Shown: positions 1 through 9,611 of the stretch, in pieces
Position numbering within the stretch: the stretch's first letter is position 1
Layout: each line of letters starts with the position of its first letter
NCBI GenBank assembly: GCA_046483285.1
Contig: JAWODN010000119.1
Location: forward strand, 6,015 to 70,014
DNA from: Candidatus Aminicenantes bacterium
GTDB taxonomy: Bacteria; Acidobacteriota; Aminicenantia; Aminicenantales; Aminicenantaceae
Length of the DNA stretch: 64,000 nucleotides
Direction of reading: 5' to 3'
Notes under the pieces: generated by a model
The model's database searches: none
What the model saw: the letters and a program-made list of their open reading frames with translations, nothing else
Told to the model about the DNA's origin: nothing
Translations under genes and position numbers: made by a program

Positions 1-48
1 GTTGAAGGGGTGGTTTTTTGGCTTTTGGAGATAAGTTCGGCGATTTTT

Positions 49-972
49 TTATAGTCCATAGGTCTCTTCGATTCCATTATTGCTGGAAAATGTCTGGATC
101 ACGTCTCCGTTGATACTATATTTCTGAATATGGTCACTCATGATTCTTTCGATTTCATCTCTTGACTGTTTTTCGCAAACGGCAAAAACAGAAGATCCCC
201 CTCCGCTTATGTTGCATCCGAAGGCCCCTGCGTCAAGGATTGAATTTTTCAGTCCGGAATAGCCTGGGATATCTTGTGCCCGGACAGGTTCAGAAACATA
301 GTCTGTGTTGACGGCTTTCCCGATTTCCACTAAATCACCGGTCATCATTCCATGGATTAAAGCGGCGCCGCAGGACATTTGTCCGGTTAATTTGGCCAGA
401 GAAAATCCAGCCGGAATGTTCCCCCGGGTCGTCAAGTGTTTCTTTTTCATGACGCAAAGCACCAGCGGAATAGCCGGCGCGTTGATTTTGACTATTTCCA
501 GCGGGGAGTCGTTTTTAATTAAAACAAATCCTCCCAGCAAGCACGCGGCGGCGTTATCGGCGTGAGCCGTGCTGCCTGAAGCGACTTCTCCCTGCCGGGC
601 GATTTCAACAAGACCGGCGGCATCCATATGGTCGCTGAAAAGCATATTCAGCCCGTACACACATGCGGCGGCGGAGGCTCCGGATGTTCCCAGACCCGCC
701 CGGGAATTTATGTTTTTATGGATTTCAATGTTCAGCCCCGCCCGGCGGCCGGTGGTTTTGAGATAATGCAAGGCCGCCACACCCGCTGAATTTTTTTCCG
801 GTTCTGAAGGGATAGGCTCGTTTTGACCGAATATTTTAATTTTCACCTTCAGGGAGGGGGTGGTATGGATTTTTATAATATCGAAAGGCTGCTTTAAAGC
901 CAGCGCGAAGATATCAAATCCGGGACCGAAATTGGCAATGGTCGCCGGTGCTTTCAGGATGATGCCTTTCAA
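49..972 (-). CDS. thrB: homoserine kinase (GHMP kinase family)
   Basis: 307 aa. The N-terminal motif 'PATIANFGPGFD' is typical of ThrB, and the GHMP kinase glycine-rich loop 'AGLGTSGASAAA' is present. The gene overlaps dapA by 4 nt. Confidence 0.85.
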   Translation of the reverse strand: MKGIILKAPATIANFGPGFDIFALALKQPFDIIKIHTTPSLKVKIKIFGQNEPIPSEPEKNSAGVAALHYLKTTGRRAGLNIEIHKNINSRAGLGTSGASAAACVYGLNMLFSDHMDAAGLVEIARQGEVASGSTAHADNAAACLLGGFVLIKNDSPLEIVKINAPAIPLVLCVMKKKHLTTRGNIPAGFSLAKLTGQMSCGAALIHGMMTGDLVEIGKAVNTDYVSEPVRAQDIPGYSGLKNSILDAGAFGCNISGGGSSVFAVCEKQSRDEIERIMSDHIQKYSINGDVIQTFSSNNGIEETYGL

Positions 973-1889
973 ATCAGGCCCTTCTCTTTGAGTCGTTTTT
1001 CCAGAATTTTTCTCTTCGGTTCACTCAACCGGGTCAGGGGAGGACGTAGGCTTCCGCCCGGAAGCCCCATAAGCCGCAAGGCTTCTTTGGATGCCATGGG
1101 GTTTGTTTCCATCCGCAGGGCTTCGAAGAGCTCATAATAGGAATAATGGATTTCTCTGGCCGCCTCTTCTTTTTTTCCAAGACTGAGGGCTGCGAGGTCA
1201 CGCATGATTTCCGGGACGATGTTTCCGGCCACAGTGAACACCCCGCTTCCTCCAAAAGACATCAAGGGGAAGGCTGTGGTGTCTTTGCCGGTGAACACGC
1301 TGAAATCAAAGCCGGAAGTGACATATATGACTTTGGCCAGGTGATCCATCAGTTTATTTCCGTCTTTGGCCCCGATGATATTCTTATGAGCAGCCAGGCG
1401 GGCATAGGTTTCCGGCTCCACATTGATCCCCACCCTTGCGGGAGCGTTATGAATGATAAGGGGAAGGGGGGACGTTTCCTCCAGGGTCTGGTAAAACTCT
1501 TCGGCACCCTGAGGACTGGGCAGGACCAGAAAGGGCGCAAAAACCACGGCATAATCGCATCCCAGGTCTGCGAACATTTTGATTCTCTTCCGGCATTGCT
1601 CCAAATTATTGGAACATGTGTCCGGTGCGATTTGACATCGTCCTCCGGCTTCTTCCACGATGATTTCCACCACTCTTTGGATTTCCTTTTCTGTCAAAGC
1701 CGGACTTTCCCCGGTCACCCCCAAGGGGGCGATGCCGTCTATACCGCTTTCCACCTGCCGGCGGACCAGCACACGCAAACCGTTTTCGTCCAGGTTCAAA
1801 TCCTTGTCGAAAGGCGTGATCAATAAAGTGAAAGCTCCTTGAACCATAGTCAGTCTCCTTGTTTTCGGCAATTCCACCCCGTTCATCAT
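969..1889 (-). CDS. dapA: 4-hydroxy-tetrahydrodipicolinate synthase
   Basis: 306 aa. Shows the DapA/NAL aldolase signatures 'GVTGESPALTEKE', '...CSNN...' and the Schiff-base lysine region 'IIGAKDG'. Confidence 0.85.
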   Translation of the reverse strand: MMNGVELPKTRRLTMVQGAFTLLITPFDKDLNLDENGLRVLVRRQVESGIDGIAPLGVTGESPALTEKEIQRVVEIIVEEAGGRCQIAPDTCSNNLEQCRKRIKMFADLGCDYAVVFAPFLVLPSPQGAEEFYQTLEETSPLPLIIHNAPARVGINVEPETYARLAAHKNIIGAKDGNKLMDHLAKVIYVTSGFDFSVFTGKDTTAFPLMSFGGSGVFTVAGNIVPEIMRDLAALSLGKKEEAAREIHYSYYELFEALRMETNPMASKEALRLMGLPGGSLRPPLTRLSEPKRKILEKRLKEKGLI

Positions 1890-2100
1890 CCGGGCGAAGC
1901 GATTGACTTTAATGGCAACTTATAGCACAGGATTCTATGAGAGTCAAAAGATAATGCCCGCGGCTCCGTCCTGTCCGGACGGATGTGCCGTTATGGAACC
2001 AGCGCATTCTTGCCGGAAGGTGCAGGCATGGAACGGGGAGTTTATAGGCCTCATTTTCAAACGGAAACGGAAAGGCAAACACAGGGAAAACGAGAAGAAT

Positions 2101-3417
2101 TCACTTTGAAACGCCGGGCCCGATCAGGATGGAAACACGGTTTTCCGGGTTGAGGACATTTCTGAGAAACATATTAAACGCCTCCCAAGAAATATTTTTC
2201 ATCTCCTTGAGAATTCCATGAAAAAATGAAGAGCCCAGTCCTGTCATTTCAAAAAAAGATATGGTTTGGACCCGCTGCTGTTTGGTTTCATTGGATCTGA
2301 GAAAAGAAGCCAGCGCATAATTCAGGATACTCTCCCATTCTTCTTTTCCCACGCCTTCGGAATAAATTTTATTCATTACGGCTTCCAGTTCGGCTTCGGC
2401 CGCCTCTTTTTTTCCGGATTCGGTTTCAAGGTAAACTTCCATCACCCCGCCTTCGCGAAAGTATTCCATTCTGGCATTGACGTGATAGGCCAGTTTTTTT
2501 TCGTCTCGGAGAGGCCATAGTTTAGAGCCGATCCCTTTTCCCAAGACATGTTCCAGCAAAAAAGCGCCGGCATAACGGCGGGCATTCAGGGGAGGCAGCC
2601 GGTAGGCCATCCCCACCAGGGTCTGCCGGGTGCTTCGCTCAATGGTTTTGGTGCGGCTGTGGATTTCAGGAAGATAAAATTCAGAACGGGCCGGAGGAGA
2701 GCCGGACGGGAATTTATTAAAATGTTCATCCAATAACCGGACAACAGTTTCCATATCCAAATCCGAACACACCATGGCCGTCATATTGCCCGGGCGGAAA
2801 TGGCTGTCAAAAAATTTCCGGATATCTTTTTTTTTGATGGATTTTATGGAGTCTTCAGTTCCGTAGATGGAACGTGCGTATCCGGTGCCGGGAAAAAGCA
2901 GTTCAACCGCGGTCTGATGAGCGGTATTTTCCGAATCATCCCGAAGGCTCTTTATTTGGCGTCCCATCTGTTCCTTGGCATGGTTGATGCGTATCCCGGA
3001 GAGGAGGGGATTCCGCATAATCTCCGAGACAACTTTCAAAGAGTCTTCCAAATTATCTGACAGGCAGGCTATAGAAACAAGAGAGTAGTCCGCGCGGCCG
3101 GTCATTAAGAGCTGGGTCGCCTGGCCCATGATGGTTTGAGTCTTGGACCGGTCGGGAAGAACCAGGGTCATTCTGGTGGACAGGTAAGACAATCCGGATT
3201 TATCGGGGGGTTCGGCGAATTGTCCGCCAGCAATGGAAAATTGGAGGACCGTGATACGGGAAGAGGTGTCCTGCTGATAAATCAGGGGCATTCCTGAGGA
3301 CAGTTGAACTTTTGCCAGCGTGTTTTTTTCACTTCTGGTCCCTGTGTCCGCATTTCCGGAAAAAGAAAGCACAGCCCAAAGAACAAGTCCGAAACAAACC
3401 TTACCGGCTTTTATCAC
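2101..3417 (-). CDS. M16 family peptidase, non-catalytic partner subunit (no HxxEH)
   Basis: 438 aa with an N-terminal signal peptide. It is pitrilysin-like but has no HxxEH zinc motif. The gene is translationally coupled to the upstream catalytic M16 gene (4-nt overlap). Confidence 0.7.
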   Translation of the reverse strand: MIKAGKVCFGLVLWAVLSFSGNADTGTRSEKNTLAKVQLSSGMPLIYQQDTSSRITVLQFSIAGGQFAEPPDKSGLSYLSTRMTLVLPDRSKTQTIMGQATQLLMTGRADYSLVSIACLSDNLEDSLKVVSEIMRNPLLSGIRINHAKEQMGRQIKSLRDDSENTAHQTAVELLFPGTGYARSIYGTEDSIKSIKKKDIRKFFDSHFRPGNMTAMVCSDLDMETVVRLLDEHFNKFPSGSPPARSEFYLPEIHSRTKTIERSTRQTLVGMAYRLPPLNARRYAGAFLLEHVLGKGIGSKLWPLRDEKKLAYHVNARMEYFREGGVMEVYLETESGKKEAAEAELEAVMNKIYSEGVGKEEWESILNYALASFLRSNETKQQRVQTISFFEMTGLGSSFFHGILKEMKNISWEAFNMFLRNVLNPENRVSILIGPGVSK

Positions 3418-4781
3418 GGTTTCTCCTTTTTCTGCGGCGTAATGCTGACCACCACCTGTTTGCCCCCGGCGAGATAATCTCCGGCGGCCGTGCGCAGATC
3501 CGTTGAGCCGGCTTCACGGATTTTATCAAGATACACACCGCGGTCATCCAATTCGTTCAACAGCATATAGCGGGCTATGGAAAACGCCTGGCTCAGACCT
3601 TTTTCCCGGCCTGTTTCCGTGGCGTACCGGATGCGGTTTTTGGCGCTTTCCAGAAAATCAAAAGCGTACCGGGAGGCTTCTCCCATGTGGTCGCTTTTAG
3701 AATAATTGAGTTTTGAAGTGGTGTTGAAATACCTTTGGATAACATGTTTGGCGGTTTTTAGATGTCCGGGATCCAGCCCTAAATAAATGGTCAGAACACC
3801 TCCATAGCGATAGGCCGAGTAACCCATCCGCAGGGATTGAGGGGTGATCCGCCTTTCAGCCAGCGGGTGATAAAGCAGCGGATTGACTCCTCTTCCGAAG
3901 ACTTCGGTCAACAAATCAACGAGATATTGATCCTCATGGTTGTAATCCGGCGCCGGCAGACCGACAGCCAGATAAGCCTGGTGAACATCCATTTCTTTTT
4001 CGATCTCAACGTTTTTTTCCAGCGGAGCGGCTTTTTCCAGGCGTACGGCGGGAAATTCGGCTTCAGGTTCCGTTCCCAAAGTGTTGTTGACCATTTCTTC
4101 CATTTCGGAAAGAGAAAACTCTCCCGCCACGGCCAGAGCCGCATTGGAAGTCACGAAATATTTATTATAAAATTTTTGGATTTGCCCTATGGAAGCGTTT
4201 TTAATGATGTCTTTTTTGCCTAAGACAGGCCGGTGATAGGGATGGCCGGGAAAAATATTTTGATGAATCAATGACATCGCTGTCCGGAAAGGATCATCTT
4301 CCGCCTGGTTGATTTCTTCCAGAATGACCTTTTTTTCTTTTTCCAGAGCCTCCCGGGTTATAGAGAGCCGGAAAATGACGTCTTTGAGGTGGTTCAGGGC
4401 GAATTCAGCGTATTCTGCAGGAAGTGACATCTCAAACACCGTCAGGTCCCGTCCGGTATGGGCGTTGAAATAGGCTCCGTTCCGGCGGATTTCCTTGCGG
4501 ATTGTTTCGGGAGAGCGGGTTTCCGTTCCGAAAAACAAGAGAGAATGTTCCAAAATATGCACAAACCCATTGGTCCGGTCCGTTTCGTTTTTGGAGCCCA
4601 CATCAAAAGCCAAAACAATATTCACCAAGGGCAGACCGGATTTCTCGGAAAGAAAAACTTTGAGGCCGTTATCCATTTGGATATAGCGGCTGGTTTCTTC
4701 ATTTTCCTGCGAGGCCAATTGGGATGGCGGAGGGAGGATGAGAAAAAAGCAAACCAAATATTTGACAATTCTGATTTTCAT
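3414..4781 (-). CDS. M16 family zinc metallopeptidase (catalytic subunit)
   Basis: 455 aa with a signal peptide. Carries the inverted zinc-binding motif 'HILEH' (HxxEH), as in insulinase/pitrilysin. Confidence 0.8.
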   Translation of the reverse strand: MKIRIVKYLVCFFLILPPPSQLASQENEETSRYIQMDNGLKVFLSEKSGLPLVNIVLAFDVGSKNETDRTNGFVHILEHSLLFFGTETRSPETIRKEIRRNGAYFNAHTGRDLTVFEMSLPAEYAEFALNHLKDVIFRLSITREALEKEKKVILEEINQAEDDPFRTAMSLIHQNIFPGHPYHRPVLGKKDIIKNASIGQIQKFYNKYFVTSNAALAVAGEFSLSEMEEMVNNTLGTEPEAEFPAVRLEKAAPLEKNVEIEKEMDVHQAYLAVGLPAPDYNHEDQYLVDLLTEVFGRGVNPLLYHPLAERRITPQSLRMGYSAYRYGGVLTIYLGLDPGHLKTAKHVIQRYFNTTSKLNYSKSDHMGEASRYAFDFLESAKNRIRYATETGREKGLSQAFSIARYMLLNELDDRGVYLDKIREAGSTDLRTAAGDYLAGGKQVVVSITPQKKEKP

Positions 4782-5011
4782 AAAGCCATCCGGATATAGC
4801 CTTGCTTAAATTATACTACATCAACCTTCCTGTTCTTGACAAGAGGGCCCCCGCCGGAATGGGGCGCATGCCGTTTTTCGGTTCACCCGGGAAAATAAGG
4901 AAAACCTTGAACGACAATTTTAAAACTCATGAAAATTGTTATAATCATAAAGATGGCAAAAGCCTGACCGGCCTATTTGGGGGCCGGGTTGAGGAATGAA
5001 TTTATTTGGTT

Positions 5012-5028
5012 TGGCATGATTCTTGTAT
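5012..5028 (+). promoter_or_regulatory. sigma-54-like promoter element (TGGCAT-N5-TTGTA), copy 1 of a thrice-repeated motif
   Basis: The sequence 'tttggtTTGGCATgattcTTGTAttt' lies about 30 nt upstream of the 5055 start. The -24 GG is present. The -12 element is non-canonical (GT instead of GC). Confidence 0.3.
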
Positions 5029-5054
5029 TTGACAAGGGCTAGGAGGTATTAATA

Positions 5055-6206
5055 ATGCGTTTGCTTGGAAAAAAAGAACTGAATGCTTTAATGGAACAAA
5101 AAGGTCCCTATTGCGTTTCCGTCTACATGCCGACGGAAAAAGCGGGACGAGAAACCCGGATGAATCCCATTAGATTCAAAAATCTTATCAGTGCCGCAGA
5201 AAAGAGGCTGGGGGAAACGGATTTGAGTTCCAAGGAGACCGCCGCCATCCTCAAACCGGCCAATGACCTGTTGCTGAATTCGGTTTTCTGGCAGCATCAA
5301 AGCGAAGGCTTGGCCGTGTTCATCACCCCTGAAAATTTTTATCACTTCCAGCTCCCGATAAGTTTTCATGAGGAGATGATCATAAACAACCGGTTTTACT
5401 TAAAACCTCTGCTTTCTCTTTTCAGTGGAGACGGGCGATTTTATATTTTAGCATTGAGTCAAAAAAATGTTCGCTTGCTGCAGGCTTCGCGCTTCAGCTT
5501 CAGTGAAATCCCGCTTGAAGATATCCCCACCAGCATGGAGGAAGCTTTGGGATATGACGCTCTGGAGCAGCATCTGCAATTCCATGTGGCCAGCCGATCG
5601 GGAAAAAAACGGGGGGACCTTATGTTTCATGGGCAAGGCGGAGGCGAGGATGATTTTAAAAAAGATATTCAGCGGTACTTTCACAGAGTGGATAAAGGCC
5701 TTCGTAAGATTTTATCCGGAGAAAGCGCTCCTATGGTCTTGGCGGGAGTCGAATATATCCTTCCTCTGTTCAAGAACGTCAGCTCATATGCCAATTTTTT
5801 GGATGAAGCCGTGACCGGAAATCCGGATGAGTGGAGTGCGGAAGAGCTGCATGAAAAAGCATGGGAAACTGTTGAGCCCAATTTCAAAAAGGAGCAGGAA
5901 AAAGCGATGAAGCAGTTTCAAGATTTGCTCCATACGCCTCAAACTTCCCAGGATCTTAAGAAAATTCTCCCCGCAGCTCAGCACGGGAGGCTGGGTTGGC
6001 TCTTTATGGATGCGGCCGATCAAAGATGGGGGACTTTTCTGCCGGACAAAAATCAGGTGAAAATCGAGAAAGAGAAAAAAACCGGGTTGGAAGAGCTTAT
6101 TGACCTTGCTGCTGTCAAAACATTGGAGCATGGCGGTGTGGTGTATGCCTTGAAAAAAGAAGAGATGCCCGTCAAATCGCCGGTGGCGGCTGTTTTCCGC
6201 TGGTGA
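5055..6206 (+). CDS. hypothetical protein, possibly eRF1/Pelota-fold (bacterial archaeo-eukaryotic release-factor-like)
   Basis: 383 aa. A strong RBS 'ctaggaggtattaataATG' precedes the start. A central glycine-rich loop 'FHGQGGGEDDF' sits at about aa 190, comparable to the GGQ loop position in eRF1. No other recognisable enzymatic motif was found. Confidence 0.35.
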   Translation: MRLLGKKELNALMEQKGPYCVSVYMPTEKAGRETRMNPIRFKNLISAAEKRLGETDLSSKETAAILKPANDLLLNSVFWQHQSEGLAVFITPENFYHFQLPISFHEEMIINNRFYLKPLLSLFSGDGRFYILALSQKNVRLLQASRFSFSEIPLEDIPTSMEEALGYDALEQHLQFHVASRSGKKRGDLMFHGQGGGEDDFKKDIQRYFHRVDKGLRKILSGESAPMVLAGVEYILPLFKNVSSYANFLDEAVTGNPDEWSAEELHEKAWETVEPNFKKEQEKAMKQFQDLLHTPQTSQDLKKILPAAQHGRLGWLFMDAADQRWGTFLPDKNQVKIEKEKKTGLEELIDLAAVKTLEHGGVVYALKKEEMPVKSPVAAVFRW

Positions 6207-6347
6207 TTTTTTTATGCTGTTTTTTGCCATTTTCTTCCGAAAGGAATATATTTAACCTGGCCGGGATGATGAATAGGCCGGGGTGACTCCATATGCGGGG
6301 CGCACGGCAGGCCAGTGGGGGTTAGGGACTGTGGAAGGATACAGAAA

Positions 6348-7796
6348 ATGACTGCGAAACGGAAAGAAAAAATTCTGGTGGTGGATGATGAGAAGAATAT
6401 CAGGAATTCTCTCAAAATGATTTTTGAATATGAGGGATATTCGGTTTTGGAAGCTGAAGACGGGGAAAAAGCAATGGAAGTCTTTGAGGAAGCCATCGGG
6501 ATCGACCTTATCCTTCTGGATGTCCAGCTTCCCGGGAAGAATGGACTGGAGATATTGAAGGAACTCAAGCAAAAGCCGTTTTCTCCTGAAGTTATCATGA
6601 TTTCTGGTCATGGAACCGTCCCGACCGCTGTCGAAGCCACCAAATTGGGGGCCTTTGACTTTTTGGAAAAACCGCTTAAACGGGAGCGGGTTCTGCTGAG
6701 TGTGCGGAATGCCCTCAGCCGGAAGCATCTTGTCCGGGAAAATATAAATCTGCGGCAGAAAGCAGAAAAACAATATCAATTAGTCGGGAATTCTCCTGTG
6801 ATGAAAAAACTATGGGAAGAAATAAAAAAGATCGCTCCCACCAACACCACAGTCATGATTTATGGGGAAAGCGGCACCGGCAAAGAACTTATCGCCCGTG
6901 CCGTCCACTCCCGGAGCCGTAGAGCCAAGGAAGCTTTCATCCAGGTGAACTGCGCCGCCATTCCGGAAGAATTGATTGAAAGTGAATTGTTCGGCCACGT
7001 CAAGGGCGCATTCACCGGAGCGACGGATAAAAAGCCGGGAAAATTTGAATTAGCGGACGGAGGTACCATTTTTCTGGACGAGATTGCGGATATGAGCCTG
7101 AAAACCCAATCGAAAGTGCTTCGGGTTCTGGAAGAAGGAGAGGTGCAGAAAGTGGGTTCCTCCAAGATCGATAAAGTGGATGTCCGGGTGATCGCCGCCA
7201 CCAATAAAGACCTGAAGCAGGAAATATCCCGGAACAATTTCCGGGAGGATTTGTATTTCCGTTTAAATGTGGTTCCCCTGTATTCTCCCCCTCTGCGGGA
7301 AAAACCGGAGGATATCCCGCTTCTGGTTGAATATTTCGCCGGTTTGTTTGTCACTGATAATAATTTCAAGAAAAAAAATTTTTCCGGCAGCGCCCTGGAA
7401 GCCATGCGGAGGCACCACTGGAAAGGCAATGTCAGGGAATTAAAGAACGTGGTTGAGAGATTGATTGTTATGAGTGAAAAAGGTACAATAGAAGCAAAGG
7501 ACCTTCCGGAACAAATAAAAGGGGAAAACAAAATCTTTTTACCGGATACGGATGAGGTGAAAAGTCTGAAAGAATTCCGGGAACAGGCGGAAAAACAGTA
7601 TATTCTGGCCCGTTTGAAAGAGAATGACTGGAATATATCCCGTACCGCCAGGGATATTGATACTCCGAGAAGTAATTTATATAAAAAGTTAGACCAGCAT
7701 GGAATAAAAATAACGTCCGGAGTGGATGAGGTGGTTGCTTCTTCCGAACAGGAAGGGGAGGAAAGTCCGAACTCCACAGGGCAGGATGGTCGCTAA
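6348..7796 (+). CDS. sigma-54-dependent response regulator (NtrC/AtoC family): receiver, AAA+ and Fis-type HTH domains
   Basis: The receiver domain has the phospho-acceptor region 'DLILLDVQLPG'. The AAA+ sigma-54 interaction domain shows Walker A 'GESGTGKE', the 'GAFTGA' motif and the 'ESELFGH' box. A C-terminal HTH is present. No histidine kinase is adjacent. The 3' 80 nt overlap rnpB. Confidence 0.85.
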   Translation: MTAKRKEKILVVDDEKNIRNSLKMIFEYEGYSVLEAEDGEKAMEVFEEAIGIDLILLDVQLPGKNGLEILKELKQKPFSPEVIMISGHGTVPTAVEATKLGAFDFLEKPLKRERVLLSVRNALSRKHLVRENINLRQKAEKQYQLVGNSPVMKKLWEEIKKIAPTNTTVMIYGESGTGKELIARAVHSRSRRAKEAFIQVNCAAIPEELIESELFGHVKGAFTGATDKKPGKFELADGGTIFLDEIADMSLKTQSKVLRVLEEGEVQKVGSSKIDKVDVRVIAATNKDLKQEISRNNFREDLYFRLNVVPLYSPPLREKPEDIPLLVEYFAGLFVTDNNFKKKNFSGSALEAMRRHHWKGNVRELKNVVERLIVMSEKGTIEAKDLPEQIKGENKIFLPDTDEVKSLKEFREQAEKQYILARLKENDWNISRTARDIDTPRSNLYKKLDQHGIKITSGVDEVVASSEQEGEESPNSTGQDGR

Positions 7797-8079
7797 CAGC
7801 GACTCCGGGCAACCGGAGGAAAGTGCCGCAGAAAACAAACCGCCTGGGGAATGATTGTCCGCAGGCAAGGGTGAAAAGGTGAGGTAAGAGCTCACCGCTT
7901 TGAGAGTGATCTCAAAGGCACGGTAAACCCCATCCGGAGCAAGGCCAAATTGGCCCTGATGAGGCGGCCCGTCTCATGGGGCGGGTAGGCCGCTTATGCT
8001 TTATTTCGGCAAAGCGCAGATAAATAACCACCCCCGCCTCCGGCGGGAACAGAATTCGGCTTATGTCCCGCTCCGGACG
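7714..8079 (+). ncRNA. rnpB: RNase P RNA (bacterial type A)
   Basis: Universally conserved blocks are present: 'GGAGGAAAGTCCGAACTCCACAGGGCAGG', 'CGGAGGAAAGTGCCGCAGAAAACAAACCGCC', 'GGTGAAAAGGTGAGGTAAGAGCTCACC', 'GGTAAACCCCATCCGGAGCAAGGCCAAAT' and 'ACAGAATTCGGCTTATG'. The P1 helix pairs 5' 'cgtccggagtgg' with 3' 'ccgctccggacg'. Confidence 0.9.
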
Positions 8080-8180
8080 TTTTTCCCATTCATATCAACA
8101 GCATTTATTTTAATTCCGGTCCGCTCATCATCCGGACTGATTTTAGGGCATAAGAAATTTCAGAATTTTCAAACGGGGAG

Positions 8181-9611
8181 TCACAACACAGGAAGAGACA
8201 TCACGGCCTGTTTGATAAAAATAATGACATTTCCCGGGAACAGCCCCAGCTGCAACACACCGTACAAACAAACAAAAAGGACCAGGAACAAGGCCGGGTT
8301 TTCAACAAAAATCTCTATTTTATGCACCGGTTCCCGCATATACATGATGACGATGATTCTCAGGTAATAATAAACGGATATTAAACTGGCGATGACGCCG
8401 ATGATCACCAATGGGATCATATCCTGACGGACGGCTGCGGAAAACACATAAAATTTCGCCAGAAATCCTCCGGTGGGAGGGAATCCGGCAAGGGAAAACA
8501 GAAAAACGGAAAGAGTGGCCCCGATCCAGGGATACTTGAATCCGATTCCTGCGTACTGGTCGATTTCCAGGTATTCTTCCCCTTTCCGGCTGAGTCCCGT
8601 GACTGCAGTGAACGCCCCGATATTCATAAACAAATATACGGTGAGATAAAAAAGCAGGCTGAAATTATCCTTGGCCAGCACCGCGATCAGGATATAGCCG
8701 GCGTGGGCGATGCTGGAATAGGCCAGCATCCGTTTGATGTTTTTTTGTTTGATCGCCAGGATGTTCCCAATCATCATCGTCAGTACGGCCAGCACCCAGA
8801 GCGCGTTTCGGAATGCTTCTGAATAGAGGGCGGATTCCCAGTAGGGAGTAAAGAGTGTGACAAAAACAGCGAATCCGGCGGTTTTGGGAATGACTGAGAA
8901 AAAAGCTGTCACAGGAGTGGGCGAACCTTGGTAAACATCCGGGGTCCACATATGGAAGGGAACCAGCGCGATTTTGAATCCGAATCCCACCAGAACCAAT
9001 CCCAACCCGATAATGGCGGTGATCTCCCGTCCGGTTTGAACGGCATCCATTATGGAGGGAATAGAGGTGGTTTTGGAGGCGCCGAATAAAAGCGCGATGC
9101 CGTAAATGAGAAAAGCGGACGCAAAACTTCCCAGGAGAAAATATTTGACCGCGGCTTCACCTGATTTGAGATTATTTCTCTGCAATCCGGCCAGGGCGTA
9201 ACTGGACATGGACAGCACTTCCAATCCCAGAAAAATAATCACCAGGTCTTTGGAAGTGACCATAATGACGCCCCCGGTCAGCGCCAGCAGAAGCAGGGCG
9301 TAATATTCACCGAAGTTCATTTCCTGATGGTCGATGTACTTCATGGAGATAAGCATCACTAAAAAAGTGGTTATGACGAGAATCAGCAGGAAAAAGAGCG
9401 AAACCTGATCTAAAATCAGATAGCCGCTGAAAAAGCTGTAATTTTTTCCCCAGGAGAGAATGCAAAACGCGGCGCTTATGATGAGGAAAACAACTCCTGT
9501 AAATGCCAAATGGTTTTTGTTTTTCCTGGGGAAAAAGACTTCCAGCAATAGGATGATAAGGGATCCGGCCATCAGGCTGACTGTCGGGGCTGTTGCCAAT
9601 ATATTATTCAT
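8181..9611 (-). CDS. nuoN: NADH-quinone oxidoreductase subunit N
   Basis: 476 aa polytopic membrane protein of the NuoN/Mrp antiporter-like family. It is the last gene of the J-K-L-M-N run. Confidence 0.85.
   Translation of the reverse strand: MNNILATAPTVSLMAGSLIILLLEVFFPRKNKNHLAFTGVVFLIISAAFCILSWGKNYSFFSGYLILDQVSLFFLLILVITTFLVMLISMKYIDHQEMNFGEYYALLLLALTGGVIMVTSKDLVIIFLGLEVLSMSSYALAGLQRNNLKSGEAAVKYFLLGSFASAFLIYGIALLFGASKTTSIPSIMDAVQTGREITAIIGLGLVLVGFGFKIALVPFHMWTPDVYQGSPTPVTAFFSVIPKTAGFAVFVTLFTPYWESALYSEAFRNALWVLAVLTMMIGNILAIKQKNIKRMLAYSSIAHAGYILIAVLAKDNFSLLFYLTVYLFMNIGAFTAVTGLSRKGEEYLEIDQYAGIGFKYPWIGATLSVFLFSLAGFPPTGGFLAKFYVFSAAVRQDMIPLVIIGVIASLISVYYYLRIIVIMYMREPVHKIEIFVENPALFLVLFVCLYGVLQLGLFPGNVIIFIKQAVMSLPVL

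Noticed and set aside
4802-4999. 65-aa ORF in the intergenic region upstream of the eRF1-like gene
   Set aside because: It has no RBS, overlaps the putative promoter region, and its composition is consistent with non-coding DNA.
7996-8367. 123-aa ORF starting inside the rnpB 3' region
   Set aside because: It overlaps a confidently identified RNase P RNA and the nuoN 3' end. It has no RBS and a hydrophilic random-looking sequence.
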